Below, one piece after another: positions 14,034-25,322 of a stretch of 64,000 nt of DNA. A program made the position numbers and the translations under genes. This DNA comes from Felis catus (lineage: Eukaryota). The notes beneath the pieces are model-generated. The model was given only the letters and a program-made list of their open reading frames with translations, was not told the DNA's origin and did not search any database. Location: NCBI RefSeq assembly GCF_018350175.1, contig NC_058368.1, positions 190,528,001 to 190,592,000 of the forward strand, in the 5' to 3' direction. Every line of letters begins with the position of its first letter. Position 1 is the stretch's first letter.

Positions 14034-14840
14034 TGCTTGCAGACTAATTTTGTGAGTGATAACCCATTACTTTTGCTGTGCTCTGTTCATCAGGAGCAAG
14101 CCTCTGAGTCCAACCTCCCTGATAAACCTGACCGCAGGCTCATGTAGGATTTTGAGCTTATGCGTACATGCCGAATAGATGACATAAAGGTGTGAATAGG
14201 AAGAGGGAAGATTAGTGGGAGTCATTTCAGAAGCCCCCTACCACCATTGTCCTTTCTCTTTCATCCCTTTAATCTAGAATGTTTCTCTACCTTTTTTTCT
14301 CCCCTGGAACTTTTATTACTAAATCAGTTGTCTTATATATGTCTTCTGAATTTATTCTATTTTTTACTCATGATGAAATTCAGGTGAAGAACTTTTCATA
14401 AGAACACTAATCAGCAATGCTGCATGCATTAACATATTTCATCACAGTGAAAGACATAAATGTTATAGATTTGAAGGGCACTTGTACACCTATTTTTCTG
14501 TCAATTGTGTGCTTACGTCTTCTGTCCATTTTTCTATCAAGTCAGGTTTCTCTCTCTGTCCCTCAAGAGTTCCTTAGAGAGTTGGAAATTAAGCTTCTAA
14601 CTGTGATAGATATTGCAAATATTTTCTCCTAACATGCATTTGCCTTTTACTTTTATTAGTATGATTTTTGCTATTCAATTGTTGTTTTTATGGAATTGAG
14701 TTTAACAATGTTTTCTTTCATTGCATCTGAATTTTCCTCACAGTCAGATTATAAAGACATTCACCAGGTTTTCTTCTAATGTTTGTATGGTTACACTATT
14801 TTGGTTTAGATCTCTGATACATTTGAAGTGTATCCTGGCA

Positions 14841-15055
14841 GAGACGACTGGGTGGCTCAGTGGTTGAGCTCTGACTCTTGATTTTGGCTCAGGTCATGAC
14901 CCCAGGGTTGTGGGATCGAGGGGCTCCAGGCTGAGCATGGAGTCTGCTTAAGATTCTCTTTGCCTCTCTTCCTCTCTCCCCTGCTCACACACGCACTCTC
15001 TCTCTGAAAAATAATTAAAAAATAAACAAATAAATAAACTGCCTAAAAAACTGCC
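14841..15055 (+). mobile_element. CanSINE
   Basis: 'ctgggtggctcagtggttgagc', A-rich tail; TSD tgaagtgtatcctgg (14824) / tgaagtgtctcctgg (15056). Confidence 0.93.
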
Positions 15056-15284
15056 TGAAGTGTCTCCTGGTATATATGTGAGAAATGGACCCACAATTTC
15101 CCTCCCAGATGGCTATCCCACACCATTTATTAAAAACATCTATTTTTCTTTTCCCAGTGATTTGAGATGCTAGATGTCCATATCTTTTTGGGTCTGTTCT
15201 GGTGTATTGGATTTTTTTTTCCTATACCATTGTCTTACTATTTATTCAGGTGGTTGAAACATATTCTTTTAATTATGGGAGTTT

Positions 15285-15497
15285 TCTTTTTTTAACATTT
15301 ATTCATTTTTGAGAGACAGAGACAGAGTGTGAGCAAGGAAGGGGCAGAGAAAGAGAGAGGCACACAGAATCCAAAAACAGGCTCCAGGCTCTGAGCTATC
15401 AGCACAGAGCTCAATGCGGGGCTCGAACTCACTGGTCACGAGATCATGACCTAAGCCAAAGTTGTACGCTTAACTGACTGAGTCAGCCAGGCACCCC
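15285..15497 (-). mobile_element. CanSINE (felid-type body)
   Basis: 'caggctccaggctctgagctatcagcacagagc', end 'ccaggcacccc'; TSD taattatgggagttt / taattgtggaagttt. Confidence 0.95.
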
Positions 15498-17008
15498 TAA
15501 TTGTGGAAGTTTAATAATATGTTTTCATATCTGACAGGGCTAATCCCCATTTTTCTCCCAAGTTAAAAATTATTTTTCTTATTTTGCATGATTATTTTTT
15601 CCACAGGAACTTCAAAGCTAAAAATCAGCCTGTGTGGCTCCAGAAACAAACTTGTTGGTTTAAAACTGGGATCACATTTGCATTTATAAAATTAAGTTGG
15701 AGAATTGCCATCCAAAGTTTAGGAATTTGGTTAATCTTATCCTGTAATAGGATGTATCTTTCCATTTGTTCAAGTCTACTTTTGTGTCTTTCAAAAATGT
15801 ATTAAAATTCTCCTCCTACAAGTTTCCTGCATTTATTTTAAGGTAGTTTCTGAGTATTTTATCTGCCTAGTTCAAAAAAATTTTTACTATGATGAAACAC
15901 CCATAAAATTTGCCTTTATCCTAACCAATTTGCAAGTGTACAGTTTAGAGGTATTAAATACATTCATGATGTTGAGCAACCATTACCATCATCCATCTCC
16001 ATAGCTCTTGTAAAACTGAAACTCTACGCTCATTGAACAATAGCTTCCCATTTCTCCCTCTCTCCAGCCCCTGGCCACCCCCCTTCTACCTTCCATCGCT
16101 ATGATTTTGACTATTCTAACTAGCTCATATTATTGGAATCATACAGTATTTGTCTTTTTGTGACTGGTGTATTTAACTTAGTAGAGTGTCCTCAAGGTTC
16201 ATCTGTATTGTAGAATATGTGAGAATTTTCTTCCTTTTTAAGGCTGAATAATATTCCGTTGTATGCATATACCACATTTTGCTTATTCATTTGTCCGTTA
16301 GTGGATACTCGAGTTGCTTCCATGTTTTTACTATTGTGAACAATACTGTTATGAACATGGGTATGTAAGTATTTCTTCAAGGTCCTGTTTTCAGTTCTTT
16401 TGGAATGTACCCAGAGGTACAATTGCTGGATCATATGGTAGTTCTATTTTAATTATTTGAAGGACTGCCAAACTGTTTTTCATAGAGACTCTACCATTTT
16501 ATATTCTCACCAGCAATGCACAAAGGTTCTAATTTCTCCACATCTTCGTTGACACTTGCTATTTTGTTTTTCTTTGATAGCAATTTTAATGGGTGTGCAG
16601 TGAATTTAATTGTAGTTTTGATTTGCATTTTCCAAATGATTACTGATCTTAAACATCTTTTTATGTGTGTGTTAGCCATTTGTATGTCTTCTTTGAAGAA
16701 ATGTATTATTCAATTCCTGTGCCCATATTTAAATTGGATTTTGTTGTTGTTGAGTTTTAGTTCTGTATATATTCTGAAGATTAATCTCTTATCAGATCAA
16801 TGATTTGCAAATATTTTTTCTCCTGTTCTGTGGGTTGTCTTTTTACTCTGTTGATATTGTCTTATGATGCACAAAATTCTAAAAATCTCATGAACTTCAA
16901 TTTGTCTGTCTTTTGTTTTTGTGTGTGCCTTACGGTTTCATATCTAAGAAATCATTGTTGAATCTAATGTCATGAAGATTTTACCCCGTGTTTTCTTCTA
17001 GAGCTTTA

Positions 17009-17067
17009 TAGGTCTCACATTTAGGTCTCACTTTTAGGTCTCACATTTAGGTCTCACATTTAGGTCT
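17009..17067. repeat. 13-bp tandem repeat (TAGGTCTCACATT), about 4.5 copies, expanded inside L1 ORF2
   Basis: Units start at 17009, 17022, 17035, 17048, 17061. Confidence 0.95.
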
Positions 17068-18530
17068 TTGATCCATTTTGAACAATTTTTATATATGATA
17101 TTAGGTAAGGGTCCAACTTCATTCTTGTGCCAGTCTGTGACAGTTTTCCCAGAACCACTTATTAAAAAGTCTATTCTGTCCACATTAAGTGGTCTTAGCA
17201 TCCTTGTCAAAAAATCGTTTGACCATATAGGAGAGTCTTTAAAGTCTTCCAGATTTGTTCTTTTTCAAAATTGTTTTGGCTACCAAGGGTCTATTGAGAT
17301 TGTAAATGAATTTTAGGATGGAATTTTCTTTTTCTGAAAGAAACATTATTAGGATTTCCAGAGGGATTGCATTGAATATGTAGGTTGCTTTGGGCCATAT
17401 TTGGCATCTTAACAGTATTAAGTCTTCCAATCCATGAACATAGATGTATTTTTATTTATGTCTTCATAAATTGCTCTTAGCAACTTTTTGTAGTTTGCAT
17501 TGTATAAGTCCATCACCTCCTTGGTTAATTTCCAAATATTTTAAAAATGGAATTATAATTGGAATTGTTTTCACAATTTCTTCTTTGATCATTATTTGTG
17601 TATAGAAATGCAACTTATTTTGTGTGTTGATTTGGTATCATGCTACTTTGCTGAATTCATTTATTAGCTATAATAGTTTTTTTGGGAATGTTTAGAGTTT
17701 TCTATACATAAGGTCATATTGTCTATGAACAGAGACAATTTTACTTCTGTTTCAGTTTGGGTGCCTTTTACATCTATTTCTTGCCTAATTGTTCTAGCTG
17801 GAACTTGCTGTACAATGTTAAATAGAAGTGGCAAAAACGGGCATCCTTGTCTTTTTCCTAATAATAGAGGAAAAACTTTTACTCTTTCAACCTATTTCTA
17901 GATTTTTTGTTTTTATCATAAAGGCTATTGAATTTTGTCTAATTTTTTTTTGTATCAGCTGAGATGATCATGAGGGTTTTTTTTTTAAATTTTGTTAATG
18001 TGTTATATTAAATTGATTAATTTTCATATATTGAAACATTCTTGCATTCTGGAAATGAATCCCATTGGTCATGGTGTATAATCCTTTTACTATGCTGGTG
18101 AATTTGGCTTGCTAGTATTTTGTTGAGCTTTGCATCAATGTTCATAAAGGATATTAGTCTGTAGTTTTCCTGTGGTGCCTTTGTCTGGGTTTACTATCAG
18201 GGTAATAATGCTGGCCTCATAGAATGTATGAACATTAGGAAATTTTCATTCCTGTTCAACTTTCTGGAAAATTTTGAGAAGGATGAAAATTAGTTCTTTT
18301 TAAAATGTTTGGTAAAATTCACCAGTGAAACCATAAGGACCAGGGCTTTTCCTTGTCAGGTGATTTTTTTTTTTAATAATTTATTATCAAGTTAATGTAT
18401 ACAGTGTATACAGTGTGCTCTTGACTTTGGGAGTAGATTCCCATGATTCATCACTCACATATAACACCCAGTGCTCATCCCAACAAGTGCCCTCCTCAAT
18501 GCCCATCACCCATTTCCCCCCTCCCCCACA

Positions 18531-18576
18531 CCCTCATCCACCCTCATCCACCCTCATCCACCCTCATCCACCCTCA
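18531..18576. repeat. 10-bp tandem repeat (CCCTCATCCA)x4 in L1 3' UTR
   Basis: Directly visible. Confidence 0.95.
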
Positions 18577-21050
18577 GTTTGTTCTTTGTATTTAAGAGTC
18601 TCTTATGGTTTGCCTCCCTCTCTGTTTGAAACTATTTTTTCCCCTTCCCTTCCCCCATGGTCTTCTGTTAAGTTTCTTAAATTCTATATATGAGTGAAAA
18701 CATATATCTGTTTTTCTCTGACTGACTTATTTCAATTAGCATAATACCCTCCAGTTCCATCCATGTTGTTGCAAGTGTCAAGATTTCATTCTTATTGCCA
18801 AGTAGTATTCCTTTGTACATATAAACCACATCTTCTTTATCAATCTGTCAGTTGATAGACATTTGTGCTCTTTCCATAATTTGGTTATTGTTGATAGTGC
18901 TGCAGTAAACATTGGAGTACATGTGCCCCTATGATTCAGCATTCCACATGCTTTGGATAAATTCCTAGTAGTGCTGTTGATGGGTCACAGGGTAATTCTA
19001 TTTTCAAATTTTTGAGGGACCTCCACACTGTTTTCCAGAGTGGCTGCGCCAGTTTGCATTCCCACCAACAGTGCAAGAGGCTTTCCATTTCTCCCCATCC
19101 TCACTAACATCTTTTCTTTCCTGAGTTGTTAATTTTAGCCACTCTGACTGGTGTGAGGTGGTATCTCAATGTGGTTTTGATTTGTAGTTCCCTGATGATG
19201 ATCGATGTTGAGAATCTTTTCATGTGTCTGTTGGCCATCTGGCTGTCTTCTCTTTGGAAAAGTGTCTATTCATGTCTTTGCCCATTTATTCACTGGATTA
19301 TTTGTTTTCTGGATGTGGAGTTTGGTGAGTTCTTTATAGATTTTGGTTACTAGACCTTTATCCGATATGTCATTTGCAAATATTGTTTCCCATTCTGTCG
19401 ATTGCCTTTTAGTTTTGCTGATTGTTTCCTTTGCAGTGTAGAAGCTTTTTATTTTGATGAGGTCCCAATAGTTTATTTTTGCTTTTAATTCCCTTGCCTT
19501 TGCAGATGTGTTGAGTAAGAAATTGCTGCGGCCGAGATCAAAGAATTTTTTTCCTGCTTTCTCCTCTAAAGTTTTGATGGTTTCCTGTCTCACATTGAGG
19601 TCTTTCATCCATTTTGAGTTTATTTTTGTGTATGGTGTAAGAAAGTGGTCCAGTTTCATTCTTCTGCATGTTGCTGTCCAGTTCTCCCAGCACCATTTGC
19701 TAAAGAGACTGTCTTTTTTCCATTGGATACTCTTTCCTGCTTTGTCAAAGATTAGTTGGTCATACACTTGTGGATCCAATTCTGGGTTCTATATTCTATT
19801 CCATTGGTCTATATGTCTGTTCTTGTGCCAATACCATACTGTCTTGATGGTTACAGCTTTGTAGTAGAGGCTAAAGTCTGGGATTGTGATGCCTTCCACT
19901 TTGGTTTTCTTTTTCAACATTACTTTGCTATTCGGGGTCTTTTGTGGTGCCATAAAAATTTTAGCATTGTTTATTCTAGCTCTGAGAAGAATGCTGGTGC
20001 AATTTTGATTGGGACTTCACTTAATGTGTAGATTGCTTTGGGTATTATTGACATTTTAACAATATTTGTTCTTCCAATCCATGAGCATGGAATGTTTCCC
20101 ATTTCTTTGTGTCTTCTTCAATTTCTTTCATAAGTTTTCTATAGCTTTAGGATGCAGACCTTTCACATCTTTGGTTGGGTTTATTCCTAGGTATTTTATG
20201 GTTCTTGGTTCAATTGTAAATGGGATCGATTCCTTGATTTCTTTTTCTGTTGCTGCATTATTGGTGTATAGAAATGCAACTGATTTCTGTACATTTATTT
20301 CATATCCTGAGACTTTGCTGAATTCATGTATCAGTTCTAGCAGCTTCTTGGTGGAGTCTTTCAGGTTTTCCATGTAGAGTATCATGTCATCTGCAAAAAG
20401 TAAATTTTGACTCTTTTTTTTTTTTTGCCAATTTGAATGCTTTTTATTTCATTTTGTTGTCTGGTTGCTGAGGCTAGGACTTCTAACACTATGTTAAACA
20501 ACAGTGGTGAGAGTGGACATCCCTGGTCTTATGGGGAAAGCTCTCAGGTTTTCCCCATTGAGGATGACATTATCTGTGGGCTTTTCATATATGGCTTTTT
20601 TGATGTGTAGGTATGTTCCTTCTATTCCAACTTTCTTAAGGGTTTTTATTAAGAGAGCATGTTGTATTTTGTCAAATACTTTTTCTGCATCTATTGACAT
20701 GATCATATGGTTCTTCTCCTTTCTTCTATTAATGTGATGTATCACATTGATTGATTTGATAATATTGTACCAGCCCTGTAGTCCAAAAATGAATCACACT
20801 TGATCATGGTGAATAATTCTTTTAATATACTGTTGAATTCGATTTGCTAGTATCTTGTTGAGAATTTTTACATCCATGTTCATCAGGGATATTGGCCTGT
20901 AATTCTCCTTTTTAGTGGGGTCTGTGTCTGATTTGGGAATCAAGGTAATGCTGACTTCATAGAATGAGTCCAGAAGCTTTCCTTCCATTTTTATTTTTTG
21001 GAACAGCTTGAGAAGGATAGGTATTAACTCTGCTTTAAATGTCTGGTAGA

Positions 21051-21277
21051 GGGGCGCCTGGGTGGCGCAGTCGGTTAGGCGTCCGACTTCAACCAGGTCA
21101 CGATCTTGTGGTCTGTGAGTTCGAGCCCCGCGTCAGGCTCTGGGCTGATGGCTCGGAGCCTGGAGCCTGTTTCCGATTCTGTGTCTCCCTCTCTCTCTGC
21201 CCCTCCCCCGTTCATGCTCTGTCTCTCTCTGTCCCAAAAATAAATAAAAAACGTTGAAAAAAAATTAAAAAAAAAAA
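21051..21277 (+). mobile_element. Young felid CanSINE (SINEC_Fc-type) inserted in L1 ORF2
   Basis: 'ggggcgcctgggtggcgcagtcgg...ccaggtcacgatc...ctgggctgatggctc'; perfect TSD taaatgtctggtaga (21036-21050 / 21278-21292). Confidence 0.98.
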
Positions 21278-24153
21278 TAAATGTCTGGTAGAGTTCCCCT
21301 GGAAGTCATCTGGCCCAGGACTCTTATGTGTTGGGAGATTTTTGATAAGTGATTCAATTTCTTTGCTGGTTATGGGTCTGTTCAAATTTTCTATTTCTTC
21401 CCATTTGAGTTTTGGTAGTGTGTGGGTGTCTAGGAATTTGTCCATTTCTTCCAGGTTGTCCAGTTTGTTGGCACATAATTTTTCATAGTATTCTCTAATA
21501 ATTGTTTGTATTTCTGTTGTGTTGGTTGTGATTTCTTCTCTGTCATTGTGATTTTATCTATTTGGGTTCTCTCTTTTCTCTTTTTGAAAAGTCTGGCTAG
21601 GGGTTTATTGATTTTGTTTTATTTTTTCAAAAAACCAGCTGTTAGATTTATTGATGTGTTCTACTGTTTTTTGGGTTTTTTTTTTTTTTTTGTATTCTAT
21701 ACTGTGTATTTCTGCTCTAATTTTTATTGTTTCTCTTCTGTTGGCTTTGGGGTTTCTTTACTATTATGCTTCTAGTTCCTTTAGGTGTGCAGTTAGATTT
21801 TGTATTTAGGATTTTTCTTATTTCTTGAATTAGGCCTGGATTGCCATGTATTTTCCTCTTAGGACTGCCTTTGCTGCATCCCAAAGGGTTTGGACTGTTG
21901 TGTTTTCATTTTCATATGCTTCCATATAAATTCTTTAAAATTTCTTCTTTAATTGCCTGGTTGACCCATTCATTCTTTAGTAAGATGTTCTTTAATCTTC
22001 ATGCGCTGGTCTGGAGGAGGGGCCCTCTGGTTAGGTCAATGTCCATCTTGTTCTAGTAGGTTCCCAGTTACCAGGCACATTGGGGCATGTTTTGGATGTA
22101 GGTGGGTCCTGCCTCCACTGTGGGCACATTGTCTGGTCCCTGAAGCCCCACCTTGTTGATGAAAGGGGGGAAAATGGCAACATCCCAGTCTCTCCTTCCC
22201 TGACTGGGTGTCCCAGACCAGTCTGTTTAGGCCTTCCTCACAGTCTCATGTGGGCATGAGTGGGCCAGTTTGTCCAGCTCCACAGTCTTCTGTACCTCCC
22301 AGGCCCTTGGCTGGGATCCAAACCCTGATGCTTAAAGGATCCCACTCCACGCACCAGGGTTCTGGGGTAGTGCCACTCTGCCCAGGCGACAAAGGGCCTC
22401 TGGCTGGCAGGTGCCTGCAGGATTTTTTGTCTTTAGAGTGGCTATATGCCTTCTTCCCACAGCCCTCAAGGGAGGGGACTTCTCTCTCTGACTGCACCTC
22501 TGAGGTTGCTACTGACCCCAGGCTGGTTCCCCCTCCCCACCAGGTGTGTGTACAGGGTGGCAGGCCTGTCCAAAGAAAGCCCCACAATGCTGGATTTTGT
22601 CAGAAATTGGTTCTTTCTCTGTTTTTTTCTGTTCCCCGGTCTGTGGTTTTTCTCTTGTCCAAATACAATCCTATACTTCCCCAGCCTCTCTTTCTCTTCC
22701 TTTTGCATCTTTACAGAAGGGGATCGATCCCTTCCTTCTGTGCCTACTCTGCCCGTTTTATCTCTCCCAATTCGCAATCATGCACCTATGTCTGCCAGGT
22801 TGTCCACATGGGCCCCTGGAGGTGTGTCTGTCACTACGTAGCCCAGATTACTGGAATTCTGTCTTCTGGCCTCAATACTGCTGTGTTTGAGGGACAAGGG
22901 AACTTCGGGTCCCCCTATTTCTCCACCATGTTGACACCTCTCCTCCTGTCAGGAGGAGATTTTTGATTGTGTATTCAATCTCTTTACTGGTGATAAGTCT
23001 ATTAAGATTTTGTATTTCCTGGTGATTTAGTCTTGGTAGGTGTTAAGTTTCTAGAACTATGTCCATTTCATCTAGGTTATCCAATTTGTTGGCATATAGC
23101 TGTTCAGAGTAATCTTTTACATTCTTTGTATTCTTATAGAGTCAATAATGTCCGCACGTTCATTTATGATTTTAGTATTTTGAGCATTACCTTTTTTTAG
23201 TCTATCTAGGTAAATATTTGTCATTTTTAATATCTTTTGAAATAAGCAACTTTTTGTTTTATTAACTTTCTGTGTTTTTCTCTATTTTCTACTTTATCTT
23301 TTCTCCAATGTCTATTATTTCCTTACTTTTGCTAGGTTTGGGTTTAGTTTATTCATCTTTTTTCTAATTCCTTAAAGTGTTAAGTTGTGGATTTGGATCT
23401 TTTTTTGTTTTTTTAATGTAAGCATTTATAGCTATAAATTTCCCACTTAACAGTGTTTTCATTGTGTCCCATAAGTTTGGTATGTTGTATTTTCATTTTC
23501 ATTCTCTCAGTATTTTCTAATTTCCCCTGTGATTTCTTTTTTGACCCCTTGGTTGTTAAAGAGAGTCTTATTTAATTTCCACAAATTTTCAAGTTTCTCA
23601 GTTTTGTTTCTGTGATTGTTTTTTAACTTCATCCCACTGTGATTGGAGAAAATACTTTGTATGGTACCTACCTAACGTTTAAAATCTATTAAGACTTAAT
23701 GTGTAGCCTAGTATATGATCTATCCTGGAGAATGTCTCCTGTTCAGTTGGGAAATATGTGTATGCTGTTATTCTGTAGCTCCTGTTGGAGCTAGTTGGTT
23801 TGACCGTTGTTTAAGTCCTCTATTTCCTTATCTTCTGTCTGGTTGTTCTAACCATATGGAGAGTGGGTGTTGAAGTCTCCAACTGTGATTTTAGAACTAT
23901 TTCTGTTAGTGTTTGCATCATATATTTTGTCAGTTGGTCATTAAGTGTGTAAAAATTTATGATTGTTAGATCTTGCTGCATTGAACTCTTTATTAATATG
24001 TAATATCATCCTTTGTCTCTTGTAACCTTGTTGTTACAGTCTATTTTTTTCTGATATTAGTATAGTTAGTATTAGTTACTGTTTGCACGAAATGTCTTCT
24101 TACATCCTTTCACTTTCAACTGAGTTGTGTCTCTAGATCTAAAATGAGTCTCA

Positions 24154-24375
24154 GGGCACTGGGGTGGCTCAGTCAGTTAAGCATCTGACTCAATTTCGGC
24201 TCGAGTCATGGTCTCATGGTTTGTAAGAGAGATGTAGCTCTGAGTAGGGCTCTGCATTGCCAGCTTGGAGTCTGCTTGGGATTCTCTCTCTCCCTCTTTG
24301 TCTGCCCCTCCCCGCCTTACAGGCCCTCTCCCTTTCTCCCTCTCTTTCAAAATAAATAAATAAACATTTAAAAAA
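24154..24375 (+). mobile_element. CanSINE (older, diverged)
   Basis: 'gggcactggggtggctcagtcagttaagcatctgact', CT-rich tract, 'aaaataaataaataaacatt'. Confidence 0.92.
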
Positions 24376-24500
24376 CTAAAGTGACCTTTCTATAGACAGC
24401 ATATAGTTGGATATTGTGTTTGTATTCACACAATCAATCTCTTTTTCTCTTTCTCTGAAAGTTTAATCTATCTACCTTTGAAGTAATAATTGATAAGGAG

Positions 24501-24674
24501 TTTGTGAGTTTGTGAGTTCAAGCCCTGCTGACAGCTCAGAGCCTAGAGCCTCCTTGGGATTCTGTGTCTCCTCCTTTCTTTGTCTCCTCCTCGCTCTGCC
24601 CCTCCCATGCTCATGCTCTGTCTCTCCTCTCCTCTATCTCTCAATAATAAATGTTAAAAAAAATTTTTTTTAAA
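24501..24674 (+). mobile_element. 5'-truncated CanSINE
   Basis: Begins at 'tttgtgagttcaagccc', continues 'ctgacagctcagagcctagagcc', A-rich tail; aaggag on both sides. Confidence 0.88.
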
Positions 24675-25103
24675 AAGGAGGGGGTTACTTCTGTCATTTT
24701 GCTATTTGTTTTCTATATGTTTGCAGCTTTTCTGTGCCTCCATTGCTACATTAGTTCTGCCTTTTGTGGTTAATTTTCTGTTGTAAAATGTTTAAATCTC
24801 TTTCTCATTTTTTTGCTATATGTTCTATAAATATTTTCATTGTGATTATGATGTAGATTACATTTAACGTCCTCAAGTTATAACACTCCAATTTGAACTT
24901 ACAGCAGTTTAACTTCAGTAACATACAAAGACTGTGCTCCTTTACATCTCCATCTTTACCCCTTTTGGCCTTCGATATCACAAAATTATTTCTTTATACG
25001 TGTGTGCCCCAAAACATAAACTAATCTTTTAAATGCATTAGTCTCTTAAATTATGTAGAAGACAAAATTTGGAGTTACAAACCATTATTATAATAATATT
25101 AGA

Positions 25104-25322
25104 GGGGCGCCTGGGTGGCGCAGTCGGTTAAGCGTCCGACTTCAGCCAGGTCACGATCTCGCGGTCCGTGAGTTCGAGCCTCGCTTCAGGCTCTGGGCTG
25201 ATGGCTCAGAGCCTGGAGCCTGTTTCTGATTCTGTGTCTCCCTCTCTCTCTGCCCCTCCCCTGTTCGTGCTCTGTCTCTCTCTGTCCCAAAAATAAATAA
25301 ACGTTGAAAAAAAAATAAAAAA
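25104..25322 (+). mobile_element. Young felid CanSINE (SINEC_Fc-type)
   Basis: 'ggggcgcctgggtggcgcagtcggttaagcgtccgacttcagccaggtcacgatctcgcggtccgtgagttcgag'; TSD aataatattag (25092 / 25323). Confidence 0.98.

Larger units (their letters stand above)
12045..14245 (-). mobile_element. MaLR solo LTR (MLT1F/G/H-like), interrupted by another MLT1 and a young L1
   Basis: 'tgtgtaacatgttaccacaaaacttagtggctta', 'agttccttgccacgtgggcctctcc', 'gtgggagtcatttcagaagccccctaccac'. Confidence 0.7.
18362..22945 (-). mobile_element. Carnivore L1 with intact 5' and 3' ends but internal deletion of ORF1 and the ORF2 endonuclease domain (non-functional)
   Basis: Poly-T at 18364, 3' UTR homologous to 12957 copy; ORF2 RT peptides ([63 protein letters not shown]); GC-richer 5' UTR 22005-22945 ending 'ctccaccatgttgacacctctcc'; flanking tgtcagg at 18354 and 22947. 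Confidence 0.9.

Noticed and set aside
19270..21445. Reverse-transcriptase-like ORFs as an active gene or novel RT system
   Set aside because: They are fragments of ordinary L1 ORF2, broken by stops, frameshifts and a SINE, and lacking the endonuclease domain.
25104..25190. tRNA-like A/B boxes as tRNA genes
   Set aside because: They are the tRNA-derived heads of CanSINEs, followed by SINE body, poly-A and TSD.
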